A DNA stretch of 64,000 nt from an uncultured Gammaproteobacteria bacterium (GCA_964637955.1 CAZWXQ010000002.1:135782-199781); one strand, 5' to 3'. Shown: positions 39,321-49,652, counted from the first letter of the stretch. Program-made: numbers and translations. The notes: a model not told the origin generated them from the sequence alone.

Positions 39321-40682
39321 ATGAAAGTAAACAAAACTCCTCCACATAATGAGGAAGCAGAGCAGAGCGTTCTGGGAGCCATACTTCTTAGTAAAGAAGC
39401 GATTAGCTTGGTATCGGATCAAATAAAACCAGCTGATTTTTATGATGATTCCCATGGAAAGATTTATGAGGCTATGCTTGAACTTTTTGAGCTAGGAAAA
39501 CCAATAGATATTTTAACTCTTTCAAAATCATTAAAGAAAATTAAGGCAAATATTGAACCTTCATATCTAACAGATTTATTAAATGTAGTTCCAACAGCAG
39601 CAAATATTGAGCATTACGCAGAAATCATTAAGGAAGAATCTACAAAAAGAAATTTAATAACTGTTGGGACTTCTATTGTAGAAATGGGCTTTATGGAAGA
39701 CAAAAATGCCGAAGAATTGCTTGATAAAACAGAACAGGCAGTTTTTGCTATGACTCAAGGTCAAACAATCAAAGGATTTTCACCAATTAAAGATAGTTTG
39801 GCGCAGAGTTTTGATCGTATTGATGAACTCCATAAATCAGGTGGAGGAGTGAGGGGAGTTAAAACTGGATTTACTGACGTAGATGCAATTTTGTCTGGAA
39901 TGCAGGCTGCAAATCTTCTAATTCTCGCAGCAAGACCAGGTCAAGGAAAAACGGCTATGCTTGTAAATATGGCTCAAAGTATCGCTGTTAAAGAAAAAAA
40001 AGCCGTTGGTATTTTTTCGCTTGAAATGAGTCAGGAGGAGTTGGTAGATCGTCTTTTGGTGGGGCAGGCTGATGTTGATGCATGGAGACTAAAGACTGGA
40101 AAATTAAATGAATCAGATTTTGCAAAGCTTTCTGAAGCAATGGGAGTTTTAGCTGATGCGCCAATTTACATAGATGACACTCCTGGAATTTCGATTTCTC
40201 AAATTAGAACTAAAGCAAGAAGGCTTCAACTTGAACACGATGTTTCTATTATTATTGTAGATTATCTTCAGCTTGTTGATCCAGGCAAGCACTATGATAA
40301 CAGAGTCCAAGAGGTTTCAATAGTTTCTCAGGCATTAAAAAATCTTGCTCGTGAGCTTAAGATTCCAGTACTCGCTGCTTCTCAGTTGTCACGCGCAGTT
40401 GAGCATAGAGGAGGAGATAAAAGGCCTCAGCTTGCAGATCTTCGTGAATCAGGCGCTATTGAGCAGGATGCTGATGTAGTTATGTTTATTTATAGGCCTG
40501 AGGCAGAAATTGCAAATATAATGAACGTAAAACTTTTGATTGCCAAGCATAGAAATGGTGCACAGGGAGAAATTGATTTACTTTTCCGGGGTGATCGAGT
40601 TAAATTTTATTCTGTTGATAGAAAACGAGAAGAGATAGCGCCTCCTCCTGATATGCCTCCAGAAACAGCACCTATAATATAA
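39321..40682 (+). CDS. dnaB: Replicative DNA helicase
   Basis: PPHNEEAEQSVLG, ARPGQGKT, FSLEM, DYLQL, SQLSR, DLRESGAIEQDAD; no intein. Confidence 0.98.
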   Translation: MKVNKTPPHNEEAEQSVLGAILLSKEAISLVSDQIKPADFYDDSHGKIYEAMLELFELGKPIDILTLSKSLKKIKANIEPSYLTDLLNVVPTAANIEHYAEIIKEESTKRNLITVGTSIVEMGFMEDKNAEELLDKTEQAVFAMTQGQTIKGFSPIKDSLAQSFDRIDELHKSGGGVRGVKTGFTDVDAILSGMQAANLLILAARPGQGKTAMLVNMAQSIAVKEKKAVGIFSLEMSQEELVDRLLVGQADVDAWRLKTGKLNESDFAKLSEAMGVLADAPIYIDDTPGISISQIRTKARRLQLEHDVSIIIVDYLQLVDPGKHYDNRVQEVSIVSQALKNLARELKIPVLAASQLSRAVEHRGGDKRPQLADLRESGAIEQDADVVMFIYRPEAEIANIMNVKLLIAKHRNGAQGEIDLLFRGDRVKFYSVDRKREEIAPPPDMPPETAPII

Positions 40683-40826
40683 GTTTGATCCTGCGCCTTT
40701 AGAATTAGAATAAAGTAGTTTGCCTTATGCTATTCTTCTATTTTGAAGAAAAGGTGCTGGATTTGATATCTTTACATATCCTATTTAGACTTAGTATGAT
40801 AATTTAATTGAGAGGGGGTGAATTGA

Positions 40827-41174
40827 ATGGACAATACAAATAACGGTACCAATCCAGCACCAGCTGATCCAGCAGGAGCACCAGCTCCAGTAGCTGATCC
40901 ATCAGCAGGTGGTTCATTAGGTTGGACTCCGCCGACACCAGAACCAGCAGCGCCTATCGCAGAACCAGCTGCACCAGTAGCAGATCCAGCAGGAGCACCA
41001 GCAGGTGGAGTACCAGCACCAGAGCCAACAAATAGTTGGACACCTGAGCCATCAACACCACCACAGCCAGCTGATCCAGTTGCACCTGCAGCTGACCCAG
41101 CAGTGGGAGGAGAAGCTCCTGCGCCAGCAGCGCCTGTTGATAGTGGAACTGGAACAGGTCAACCTGCAGCTTAA
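40827..41174 (+). CDS. Pro/Ala-rich intrinsically disordered protein
   Basis: GGGGGTG SD; repeated ADPAGAPA / PVADP / WTP units; terminator follows. Confidence 0.75.
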   Translation: MDNTNNGTNPAPADPAGAPAPVADPSAGGSLGWTPPTPEPAAPIAEPAAPVADPAGAPAGGVPAPEPTNSWTPEPSTPPQPADPVAPAADPAVGGEAPAPAAPVDSGTGTGQPAA

Positions 41175-41202
41175 GCTTTAGGAAGATCTTTTGTTTCGAA
41201 AC

Positions 41203-41241
41203 AAAAAATAGACTAACCCATTTGGAATTAGTCTATTTTTT
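41203..41241 (+). terminator. Intrinsic terminator
   Basis: aaaaaatagactaa...ttagtctatttttt. Confidence 0.8.
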
Positions 41242-41278
41242 ATTTGTAAATTCAAAAATATAAATATATATTTTTATT

Positions 41279-42331
41279 ATGGGAGAAATTAATGAAGTTG
41301 TAATTGATACTGATTCTGAACCTATAGATCAATCGAGGTCTATAATACAGTCTGTTCATCCAAATATTCAAGAAGATTATGGCACAGATATAAAATTAAC
41401 CTCAGATAAAAAATATGATGACCCACTTTTACAGGAAAAACACGATGTTAGAGTTTTTACAAAATCAACTGAAAAAGGTAGATTGGAAAGACAAAAACTT
41501 GCTCATGAAAGCTGGAGTAGTAGAAGAATTTTGTCAATTAAAGAAAGAATTAAAGATTTTTATAAAACAAAATCCCAAGAGGATATAGATTTAAAAAAGC
41601 GTAATGATTTTGAGTATTATATTGATGAAAATGGAACAATTAATGAATTGGCATTTACCCAGAAATCATATGTTCTTCATAGTATTGCTTTTAGTCTTGG
41701 AGGACAAAGAAATAGAGTCTTAAATCCACAAGCGACTTGGATGCAGAAATTAGCAAATGTAGTTGTAAATAAACCAATTATTTCTGCTTCAAAGGTTTCT
41801 TGGGAAGATAAAAGATCATTTTATACTTGGTTTCCGTTTGGTGTAGTTCTAAATAAAGGTAGAATTGAATCTACACATTTAGGTGATCAAGGAACAACAG
41901 CACTGTCTATCTCTAAAAGATCTAGTAATTTTCTTTATCATGATGATGTTGATAGTTATAAGAGTGCTTTTACTGCAGTTAAAAAAAGTGATGGATATAA
42001 TGAATTAACAATATCACATTCTTCATATGATATAGCAGGTTTATATATAAATTTAGACGATCTTTTTAAATTTCATGAAACAGATTATGTAGAATCGCAT
42101 GGTCATGCTGGAAAAGTAAATTTTAAAGAAATTTATTCCACAGCAGCTAAATATGGAATGAAAGTATTTGCTTTTAAAAATGGAGTTGCACACGAAACTG
42201 AATTAGATGAAAATGGAAAAATTATTTTAGGTAAAACAGTTACACCTGAAGAAATGTTAAATGAGAGGATTAAAATTCCTGAAGAAAATTTAGATGAAAT
42301 TCAGGAAGAAGCGAAGAAGGCAATATCGTGA
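41279..42331 (+). CDS. Hypothetical protein, possible ADP-ribosyltransferase-like fold
   Basis: YVLHS ... ISAS ... FGVVL ... GYNEL arrangement. Confidence 0.5.
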   Translation: MGEINEVVIDTDSEPIDQSRSIIQSVHPNIQEDYGTDIKLTSDKKYDDPLLQEKHDVRVFTKSTEKGRLERQKLAHESWSSRRILSIKERIKDFYKTKSQEDIDLKKRNDFEYYIDENGTINELAFTQKSYVLHSIAFSLGGQRNRVLNPQATWMQKLANVVVNKPIISASKVSWEDKRSFYTWFPFGVVLNKGRIESTHLGDQGTTALSISKRSSNFLYHDDVDSYKSAFTAVKKSDGYNELTISHSSYDIAGLYINLDDLFKFHETDYVESHGHAGKVNFKEIYSTAAKYGMKVFAFKNGVAHETELDENGKIILGKTVTPEEMLNERIKIPEENLDEIQEEAKKAIS

Positions 42332-42335
42332 AATT

Positions 42336-42713
42336 ATGAAAAGAGTAGGTGCGGTTTGTTTTATTATTGATGACGAAAAAATTCTTTTAGCTTTAATTGA
42401 ATATTCCACTGAAGATAGGAAATGGAATGGAATTGGAGGGTTTGTAGAAGAAGGGGAGGCTCCTGAAGATGCAGTGGTGCGAGAAATTGGGGAAGAAACA
42501 TTTATAAAAGTTGATAAAAAAGACTTGATAAAAGTAAAAGAATTATATTTAGATATTCACTTAATAGTTTACAGAACTAATAAGTGGAGTGGAGAGTTAA
42601 GAATTAAAGATAATTCACTAAAGGAGCTTAAGTGGTTCTTTAGAAACGAAATTCCAATTCATCAAATGCATGATGGGAATGAAGAATGGATATTGGAATT
42701 ATTTAAGAGTTGA
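42336..42713 (+). CDS. NUDIX hydrolase
   Basis: GGFVEEGEAPEDAVVREIGEET Nudix box. Confidence 0.92.
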   Translation: MKRVGAVCFIIDDEKILLALIEYSTEDRKWNGIGGFVEEGEAPEDAVVREIGEETFIKVDKKDLIKVKELYLDIHLIVYRTNKWSGELRIKDNSLKELKWFFRNEIPIHQMHDGNEEWILELFKS

Positions 42714-42718
42714 TATTG

Positions 42719-42801
42719 TACCGAGGGAGAGATTCGAACTCTCAAGACCTTGCGGCCAGCAGTTTTTGAGACTGCCGCGTATACCGTTCCGCCACCCCGG
42801 C
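42719..42801 (-). tRNA. tRNA-Leu(CAA)
   Basis: GCCGGGG acceptor stem, GCAGT-CTCAAAA-ACTGC anticodon arm, long variable arm, GTTCGAATC T-loop; CCA not encoded. Confidence 0.96.
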
Positions 42802-42862
42802 TAATGCCTCCAGAGCTTTTTGAGCTTTGATTTTGAGGCTGTAATATTATATACTTTCCTTT

Positions 42863-43825
42863 ATGACACTTCAAGAAATCTACGACTTGGCGATTCAAAT
42901 GGGAATGGATGCAGATCCACGAGGAAGAAAAAGAGTAGACGAGATTTTAAAGAGAAGAAAAAAAGAACACGCTGATTTGCCTTCAAAAAAGAAGCAATAT
43001 TTCGACGAAGAAACCCTCACTAATCCATATTCCGATACTAGGATATTATTCGGAGACAGAAAAACCCCAATTAAAAAAATCTTGGTAGGAATTGATGCAG
43101 ATGCCACAGAGGTTTTAGTGGCTGATAGATTGAATCAAAAAGGTGAAAAAATTGATGCAGTGGTAGGACATCATCCAATAGGCGTTTCTCTCGCAGCGCT
43201 TCATGATGTAATGGATATTCAAGTTGATAGCTACGCAAAGGTAGGAGTTCCAGTAAACGTAATGGATGCTCTTATGCGCGAGCGAATGGATGATATAAAA
43301 AGAAGGATTCATCCGAATAACCATAATCAAATCACAGATACCGCCAGACTTCTTCAAATGCCTTTAGTTAGTTTGCATACAGTTTGGGATAACATTGGCG
43401 ATCATTTTATGGAAGATTATCTTTCAAAAAAAGAATTTGAAACAGTGGATGAAATTATTGACTATCTGATGGAGCTTCCAGAATATCAAGAAGCAACCAA
43501 AGGAAAAAATGCACCTGAAATTGTTTCAGGAGGTCCAAAGAGTAGAGTAGGAAAATTAGCAATTTTCTTTACGGGAGGAACAAATCCTTCAAAAGAAGCA
43601 TATGCAGAGCTTGCTCGTGCAGGAGTTGGCACAATAGTAGATATGCATATTCCAGAGGATGGTCTTAAGGAAGCTAAAAAAATGCACATGAATGTAATTA
43701 ATGCTGGACATATGGCATCAGATTCAATTGGGGCAAATATTTTCTTAGATGAACTTGAAAAGAGGGGAGTAGAAATCATTGCGGGATCAGGACTTATCCG
43801 CATTAGTAAAAATAAAAAGAAATGA
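42863..43825 (+). CDS. NIF3-like (NGG1-interacting factor 3) protein
   Basis: NPYSDTRIL, GID, HHP, HTVWDN, GHMASDSIG. Confidence 0.88.
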   Translation: MTLQEIYDLAIQMGMDADPRGRKRVDEILKRRKKEHADLPSKKKQYFDEETLTNPYSDTRILFGDRKTPIKKILVGIDADATEVLVADRLNQKGEKIDAVVGHHPIGVSLAALHDVMDIQVDSYAKVGVPVNVMDALMRERMDDIKRRIHPNNHNQITDTARLLQMPLVSLHTVWDNIGDHFMEDYLSKKEFETVDEIIDYLMELPEYQEATKGKNAPEIVSGGPKSRVGKLAIFFTGGTNPSKEAYAELARAGVGTIVDMHIPEDGLKEAKKMHMNVINAGHMASDSIGANIFLDELEKRGVEIIAGSGLIRISKNKKK

Positions 43826-44385
43826 TTGGTGTACAAGAGCTTCGAGCTGGCACAGTATTTGAAGAGGCAGGCAATTTATATATTGTAATTTCTTATGAGC
43901 ACATCAAAATGGGTAGAGGAAGTGCAAATATTAAAGTTAAAGTTAGAAATATAAGACAAGGTTCTACTACTGAAAAAGGCTACACGAATAATGCGAAAGT
44001 TAATAATGTTCAGGTATTTAAAAGAGATGTTCAATACTTGTATAAGGACTCGGATTTAGCTTTTTTCATGGATCCAAAATCATTTGAGCAGATTGAAGTT
44101 CCACTAGCGCTTATTGGAGAAACTGATTCTGCTTATTTAAGAGAAGGGGAAAGTTATAATGTATCTTTCCTAGATAAGGAAGCGCTAGCCTTAAATCTTC
44201 CTCCTAAAATGGATTTTACTGTTGCTGAAGCAGACCCAGGCGTAAAGGGAAACACAGCTAGCAATATTTATAAAGATGCAGTTCTAGACAATGGAATGAA
44301 AGCTAGAGTTCCATTATTTATCAAGGCAGGGGATAAGGTCCGGATTGATACTAGGACCGGTGAGTATAGTCAAAAAGTAAATTAG
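43822..44385 (+). CDS. efp: Elongation factor P (Arg at the modified position)
   Basis: HIKMGRGSA, PGVKGNTA, VPLFIKAGD, IDTRTGEY. Confidence 0.96.
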   Translation: MIGVQELRAGTVFEEAGNLYIVISYEHIKMGRGSANIKVKVRNIRQGSTTEKGYTNNAKVNNVQVFKRDVQYLYKDSDLAFFMDPKSFEQIEVPLALIGETDSAYLREGESYNVSFLDKEALALNLPPKMDFTVAEADPGVKGNTASNIYKDAVLDNGMKARVPLFIKAGDKVRIDTRTGEYSQKVN

Positions 44386-44390
44386 TTTTT

Positions 44391-45599
44391 ATGCAAAATC
44401 CCTTGATTACGGTCTTAAGGATCCCTTCCTTTTTTTCTCTCGTAATTTCTGAATTCTTCTCGCAGTTTGCGATGAATCTTCTTAACTTTATACTCCTCAT
44501 CGTAGTGTTTCAGATTTCAAGTTCAAATTTGGCAGTTGCTGGAGTAGTTTTGTCTTTCACCTTGCCTTCAATATTTTTTGGAATAATTGCCGGAGTTTAT
44601 GTAGACAAGTGGAATAAAAAAAATGTTTTGATATATACAAATTCTTTAAGAGCACTTGTCGCGTTTCCATTAATTTTTATTTCGCATGAATTATTTTTAG
44701 TTTATTTACTCAGCTTTTTGATTTCTTTAATAACTCAGTTTTTTGTGCCTGCAGAGACTCCAATCATCCCGCATTTAGTTCCGAAAAAATTGCTTCTTCC
44801 TGCAAATGCGCTATTTAGCATGGGAATATTTGGTTCAATTATCGTTGCTTATGCATTGTCAGGGCCGTTGCTTTTGCTCCTTGGAAAAACCAATGTGTTT
44901 ATTCTAATCACAATTTTATTTGCTATATCAGCATTTTTTGCCTATTTAATCAGGCTTAATCATACAAAGGCTCATAAAGGAAAACAAAAAATAAATGTTG
45001 CTTTAGAGATTAAAGAAGCATTTCGCGTAATGAAAGGAAATAAGAAAATCTATCATTCTTTGTTTTTATTAACTTTACTTCAAACTTTAGTTTTAATAAT
45101 TGCAGTTGTTGGACCTGGATATGCCGAAAACGTTTTGCATATTCAGGTGGAAAAATTCCCAGTTCTGTTTGTTACGCCTGCTGTGATAGGAATGAGTATT
45201 GGTGCAGTAATTATAGGTAATTTTCTTCAAAATAAATCAAAACAAAACTTAGCAAAAATTGGACTTTTGGTTATAGGAATTGCCATGATTTTATTTCCAA
45301 ATCTCAATAGATTTATTAGCTTTAATTCACTCCATATGATGTTTGTTTTAGCAATGATAATAGGATTTGCTTTTGCTCTTGTTTTTGTTCCGTCAAATAC
45401 ACTTATTCAGGAGGAAACTACGGATGAGCAGAGAGGAAAAGTTTATGGATCTTTAAATACGCTAACGGGAGTTGTTTCTTTGATTCCAGTTCTTGGTGTA
45501 GGAATTCTTGCAGATGCTATTGGAGTAGTGACAGTTATTACCATGATTGGAATTGGAGTGTGTGTTATTGCTATAATCAGGTTTCTAAAATTTAATTAA
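44391..45599 (+). CDS. MFS transporter
   Basis: 12 TM; AGVYVDKWNKK motif A; QRGKVYG. Confidence 0.92.
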   Translation: MQNPLITVLRIPSFFSLVISEFFSQFAMNLLNFILLIVVFQISSSNLAVAGVVLSFTLPSIFFGIIAGVYVDKWNKKNVLIYTNSLRALVAFPLIFISHELFLVYLLSFLISLITQFFVPAETPIIPHLVPKKLLLPANALFSMGIFGSIIVAYALSGPLLLLLGKTNVFILITILFAISAFFAYLIRLNHTKAHKGKQKINVALEIKEAFRVMKGNKKIYHSLFLLTLLQTLVLIIAVVGPGYAENVLHIQVEKFPVLFVTPAVIGMSIGAVIIGNFLQNKSKQNLAKIGLLVIGIAMILFPNLNRFISFNSLHMMFVLAMIIGFAFALVFVPSNTLIQEETTDEQRGKVYGSLNTLTGVVSLIPVLGVGILADAIGVVTVITMIGIGVCVIAIIRFLKFN

Positions 45600-46297
45600 T
45601 GTCATTCTTTTTTATAATTTTAATAATTTGTCTAATTTTATTTCTTTTTAGGCTATATCATGTAGCATATGATGATTATATTCTTGTTAAAAAGAATATA
45701 AGTCTTGAAGAAATATTTAACTGTGCGTTTTTCTATGCTCTAATTTCACTTCTGTTCGCAAGAATTTTTTATGTAATATTTAACCCAAGTCCAGTTCTTC
45801 TAAGTCCACTTGGCTTTTTAGTATTTCCATATTATCCTGGACTTTCTCTAATTGGAGGATTCATAGGAGGAACAATTGCTCTTTTAATTTATGGGCGATG
45901 GAAGAAGTTTCCCATGGGAAGAGTATTCGATTTTTTTACTGTTTCATTTACATTTATTCTCCCATTTGGCTTGATTGGTTATCTGTTGTTGTCGCAGGAT
46001 TTTAGCATTGGATCTTTAGTAAAGTTAATTATTTTTACGATTATTGCTCTTGCTGCTAATTTATATCTTTATCCCAAAGCTAGTAGTTTAGAGATTAAAG
46101 ACGGAAGCATAAGTTCACTTTTTTTAATTTTCTTTTCATTAACAATGCTTTTGACTTATGCAATCGACAATTCTGGTCTTTCTAATTTCATAAGTCACAG
46201 AGAGAACTTTATATATTTATTATTACTTTTAACGGGTATAATTTCGTTATTAAAGTTAGAAATAGGAAAAAAGGGGAAGAGCAAAAATGGAAAATAA
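45599..46297 (+). CDS. Prolipoprotein diacylglyceryl transferase-like membrane protein
   Basis: ARIFYV, GLSLIGGFIGG, VFD; divergent. Confidence 0.7.
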   Translation: MSFFFIILIICLILFLFRLYHVAYDDYILVKKNISLEEIFNCAFFYALISLLFARIFYVIFNPSPVLLSPLGFLVFPYYPGLSLIGGFIGGTIALLIYGRWKKFPMGRVFDFFTVSFTFILPFGLIGYLLLSQDFSIGSLVKLIIFTIIALAANLYLYPKASSLEIKDGSISSLFLIFFSLTMLLTYAIDNSGLSNFISHRENFIYLLLLLTGIISLLKLEIGKKGKSKNGK

Positions 46298-47018
46298 TTT
46301 CCCAGAAATCTTATTTGAAAATGATGATTTGCTTGTATTAAATAAGCCAAGCGGAATTACTGTTAATAGATCTGAGACCACAAATGGGAATACTCTCCAA
46401 GATCTTGTTGAAAAAATGAGACCAATCTCTACAGACGAAGAGCCAGAATTTATTGATAGAAGCGGAATAGTTCATAGGCTCGATAAGGAAACTTCAGGAT
46501 GCATCATTGTTGCTAAAAATTCATCAAGTTTTAGAAATCTTCAGGCTCAATTTAAGGAAAGAAGGATAGAGAAAGAATATGTTGCGCTTTCTCATGGGGA
46601 AATTAAACCAATTGAGGGCGAAATTGATGTGCCAGTAGGTAGGCTTCCTTGGAACAGGAAAAGATTTGGGGTTCTTTCAGGGGGAAGGGAAGCAGTGACT
46701 GGGTATAAAGTAGAAAAGTATTATAAATTGGATGGGGAAGTGCTCACTTATGTAAGACTGTTTCCAAAGACAGGAAGAACCCATCAGATCCGAGTTCATT
46801 TAAAATACATAAATCATCCCATTTTTGGAGATGAGCTTTATAGCGGGCGAAAAACTTCAAGAAATGATAGAAGAAAATTGATACGAGTATTTTTACATGC
46901 TGAAAAAATTAACTTTTTTGATCCTAAAACTGAAGAGCAAATTGAATGTACTGCATCGCTTCCAAAGGAATTAACAAGCTTACTTGAAAATCTTAGTGAG
47001 TTTCCTATAATTAAGTAG
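46287..47018 (+). CDS. RluA-family pseudouridine synthase
   Basis: NKPSG, HRLDKETSG, TGRTHQIRVH, FLHA. Confidence 0.95.
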   Translation: MENNFPEILFENDDLLVLNKPSGITVNRSETTNGNTLQDLVEKMRPISTDEEPEFIDRSGIVHRLDKETSGCIIVAKNSSSFRNLQAQFKERRIEKEYVALSHGEIKPIEGEIDVPVGRLPWNRKRFGVLSGGREAVTGYKVEKYYKLDGEVLTYVRLFPKTGRTHQIRVHLKYINHPIFGDELYSGRKTSRNDRRKLIRVFLHAEKINFFDPKTEEQIECTASLPKELTSLLENLSEFPIIK

Positions 47019-47031
47019 GAGGTGATTTTTT

Positions 47032-47163
47032 ATGGGTGGATTTGGATCGTTTTATAAGGGAGAAAAGAAAAAGGCAAAAAAAGGTAAAGATAATAAGCCT
47101 GTTTATTCTAATGCTCCAACTTATGTCATGCCTGAATTAATTTCTAAGAAAAAACCTGCTTAA
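47032..47163 (+). CDS. 43-aa basic microprotein
   Basis: AGGAGGTG SD; MGGFGSFYKGEKKKAKKGKDNKPVYSNAPTYVMPELISKKKPA; below the ORF track cutoff. Confidence 0.7.
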   Translation: MGGFGSFYKGEKKKAKKGKDNKPVYSNAPTYVMPELISKKKPA

Positions 47164-47222
47164 TTAATGTGATTCTTAAATGAATTAAATCTAATTTATA
47201 GTAGTGTAAAAATTTTCTGCTC

Positions 47223-48008
47223 ATGAAAAAAACACAAAAAAAAGAGGGAAGCAAAAACCTTCATTTAGGATTTTATTTTGGTTTAGTCGTATTCTTTATT
47301 GTTTTTATTTCTGTTATTTTTAAAATCTTTGATACCGTAAAGCGTAGTGAATTTGATGGAGATAATCTTTTTACTGTTGCAGTAGTTTCGGGTAAAGACA
47401 CAAACATAATTTTGGCCTCTCCTAAAGAAGGGACTCTTAAAAAACTAACAATAATAGGCTTAAATTCATCAAAAGGATTAAATTCAGCTGGAATTCCGTA
47501 TGATAGCCTTGCTCAAGCGAATGAAAATTTAACTGTATCTCCGAAATCATATTTCACGAAAATTATTTTTCATAAAGATGGATTTAAAAGTAATCTTACT
47601 ATTATCGATTTGCTACGATTATCATTGTTTTCCCAAAAAACCGATGGATCAAAAGTTAATGAAGCAGAAGTTCAATCTAGTGATCAAGCAGAAGTGAATA
47701 GTTTAGTGTCAAAATGGTTTCAAGACCCACAGATTTTAGAGGATGATTTAAATATAGAGATTACAAATTCTACACAGGTGTCAGGTCTTGGTAACAGGAT
47801 GGCAAATTCAATTACAAATATGGGGGGAAATGTTGTTTTGGTAAATTCATCAACAACTCCTGCAACAAAATCGAAGATATATTATAAAAAAGATTCATAT
47901 ACCGTTAATAAGCTTTCAAGAATTCTTGATATGCCGACAGAGAAAAAAGAAACTAATGCGCTTTCCGACATCATAATTGAAATAGGAGAGGATAAGGAGA
48001 ATTATTAA
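47223..48008 (+). CDS. LytR C-terminal domain membrane protein (degenerate LCP)
   Basis: N-terminal TM; IEITNSTQVSGLG...DIIIEIGED. Confidence 0.8.
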   Translation: MKKTQKKEGSKNLHLGFYFGLVVFFIVFISVIFKIFDTVKRSEFDGDNLFTVAVVSGKDTNIILASPKEGTLKKLTIIGLNSSKGLNSAGIPYDSLAQANENLTVSPKSYFTKIIFHKDGFKSNLTIIDLLRLSLFSQKTDGSKVNEAEVQSSDQAEVNSLVSKWFQDPQILEDDLNIEITNSTQVSGLGNRMANSITNMGGNVVLVNSSTTPATKSKIYYKKDSYTVNKLSRILDMPTEKKETNALSDIIIEIGEDKENY

Positions 48009-48181
48009 TGCTTTTTATATTCTGTTTAATTATTATTGCAATCGTTTCGATAATTTGGGCTTATTATTCGATTGTAAAAGAAAGGCAAAGGCATGAAATT
48101 GAAAAGGCAAAAGAAGAAATTACTACGGGAAGAGTAATCTTTCATTCCTCTTCTGTATCTGACTCAGATTCCTCTTTATGA
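48008..48181 (+). CDS. 57-aa single-TM small protein
   Basis: TAATG coupling to the upstream gene; MLFIFCLIIIAIVSIIWAYYS...; 3' end overlaps the convergent TPR gene. Confidence 0.6.
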   Translation: MLFIFCLIIIAIVSIIWAYYSIVKERQRHEIEKAKEEITTGRVIFHSSSVSDSDSSL

Positions 48182-48825
48182 CTTTTTGATTTGTCACTTT
48201 TAATGTGAAGCTTCTTCTCAATAACATGTACAAAAGAGGGTTGATCTTTAAACTTTGAAGATTTCTTTAGCTCTCTTATAAAGATGCTTACATTTTGGTG
48301 ATTTGCCGATTTTACAAAAGCTTCATACTTATTTCCTCCGTTTATAAATTTAATTAGTCTGTTGCCTATATCATCAGGAAGTACACCGATATATTTTTTT
48401 CCTTGTAGAACAAAAATTTTTAGTCTTTTGATTGACATATCCACAGATTGTCCTGTTTGGAGTCCGTGTAGGATTTCAGCTTGAGCAAGGTTAATGAGAT
48501 CAACAACCTTTGTTTTCCCAGTCTCTTCAATAAAAATATTATTTACCTGAATAAACATAGGGGAATCATCATTTTTTGGCAAATCACTTTTAAGTCTTTT
48601 AATATTTTTGAGTGCAATTGAGTTTAGGGGATCGATTTCAAGGACTTTTTCAAAACTTGTTTTTGCATCTTTTGAATTTCCCAGGACGCTGTATGCAAGG
48701 CCCATTCTATTAAGCGCTGAAACATCATTGGGGTTTTCTTCGAGAAGTGATTTGTTTAATTTAATGGCGTTATTCCAGTCTCCCGCAAGGGTAGCTGCAA
48801 TCGCTTGATCAGAAGTTATTTTCAT
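48142..48825 (-). CDS. TPR-containing protein
   Basis: NPNDVSALNRMGLAY...FEKVLEIDPLN; FIEETGKTK. Confidence 0.85.
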   Translation of the reverse strand: MKITSDQAIAATLAGDWNNAIKLNKSLLEENPNDVSALNRMGLAYSVLGNSKDAKTSFEKVLEIDPLNSIALKNIKRLKSDLPKNDDSPMFIQVNNIFIEETGKTKVVDLINLAQAEILHGLQTGQSVDMSIKRLKIFVLQGKKYIGVLPDDIGNRLIKFINGGNKYEAFVKSANHQNVSIFIRELKKSSKFKDQPSFVHVIEKKLHIKSDKSKSHKEESESDTEEE

Positions 48826-48926
48826 GAGGATTTAATTGAAAAATTTTACTAGTTCGAATTGCAAAAGTCAATACGTGAATGGTAAAATAGAGTTTGACTG
48901 CTGCAAAAAAGCAGTTTATTTTTATT

Positions 48927-49652
48927 ATGAGTGGACATTCTAAGTGGTCAACAATTAAAAGACAAAAGGGAGTAGCAGATGCAAAGCGCGGTGCAACCTT
49001 CACTAAAATTTCTAATGCTATAACTATTGCTGTAAAACAAGGAGCTGGTGTTAGTGATCCTGATCAGAATCCAAGACTCAGGCTTGCTATTGAACTTGCA
49101 CGCACAAATAATATGCCAAAAGAAAATATAGAGCGTGCAATTGCAAAAGCTAGCGCAAAAGGAGCAGGGGAGTTAACTGAAGTAACTTATGAAGGATTTG
49201 CTCCTGGTGGTGTTTCAGTAATGGTTGAGGCAGTAACTGATAATACGAATAGAACGACCCCGCTAGTTAAAAGCTTATTTAATAAATATGGAGCAAGTTT
49301 TGGAGGACAGGGGTCAGTAGCATATCAATTTGAGCAAACCGGCGAAATCACGGTAAATAAAAACGGTAAATCAATTGATGATATTTTTTTGAGCGCAGCA
49401 GAGCTTGGAGCAAATGATGTTGAAGATGGGGAAGAAGAGGCCATTGTTTATACAAGTGTTGCAGATCTGAATATGGTAAAAGAAGGGCTAAAATCTGGCG
49501 GGTTTGAAGTAGCTGAAGCACAGATTTCTAGGAAGCCAACAAATACTGTAAATGTTGACGGGGAAATGAAAGAGAAAATTTTAGGTTTTCTATCAACGCT
49601 TGAGGATATGGATGATGTCCAAAAGGTTTATTCGAATATCTCATTAAGCTAA
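48927..49652 (+). CDS. yebC: YebC/PmpR family protein
   Basis: MSGHSKWSTIKRQKG, YEGFAPGG, TDNTNRT, DDVQKVYSN. Confidence 0.96.
   Translation: MSGHSKWSTIKRQKGVADAKRGATFTKISNAITIAVKQGAGVSDPDQNPRLRLAIELARTNNMPKENIERAIAKASAKGAGELTEVTYEGFAPGGVSVMVEAVTDNTNRTTPLVKSLFNKYGASFGGQGSVAYQFEQTGEITVNKNGKSIDDIFLSAAELGANDVEDGEEEAIVYTSVADLNMVKEGLKSGGFEVAEAQISRKPTNTVNVDGEMKEKILGFLSTLEDMDDVQKVYSNISLS

Noticed and set aside
42662-42898. 78-aa ORF
   Set aside because: Overlaps tRNA-Leu.
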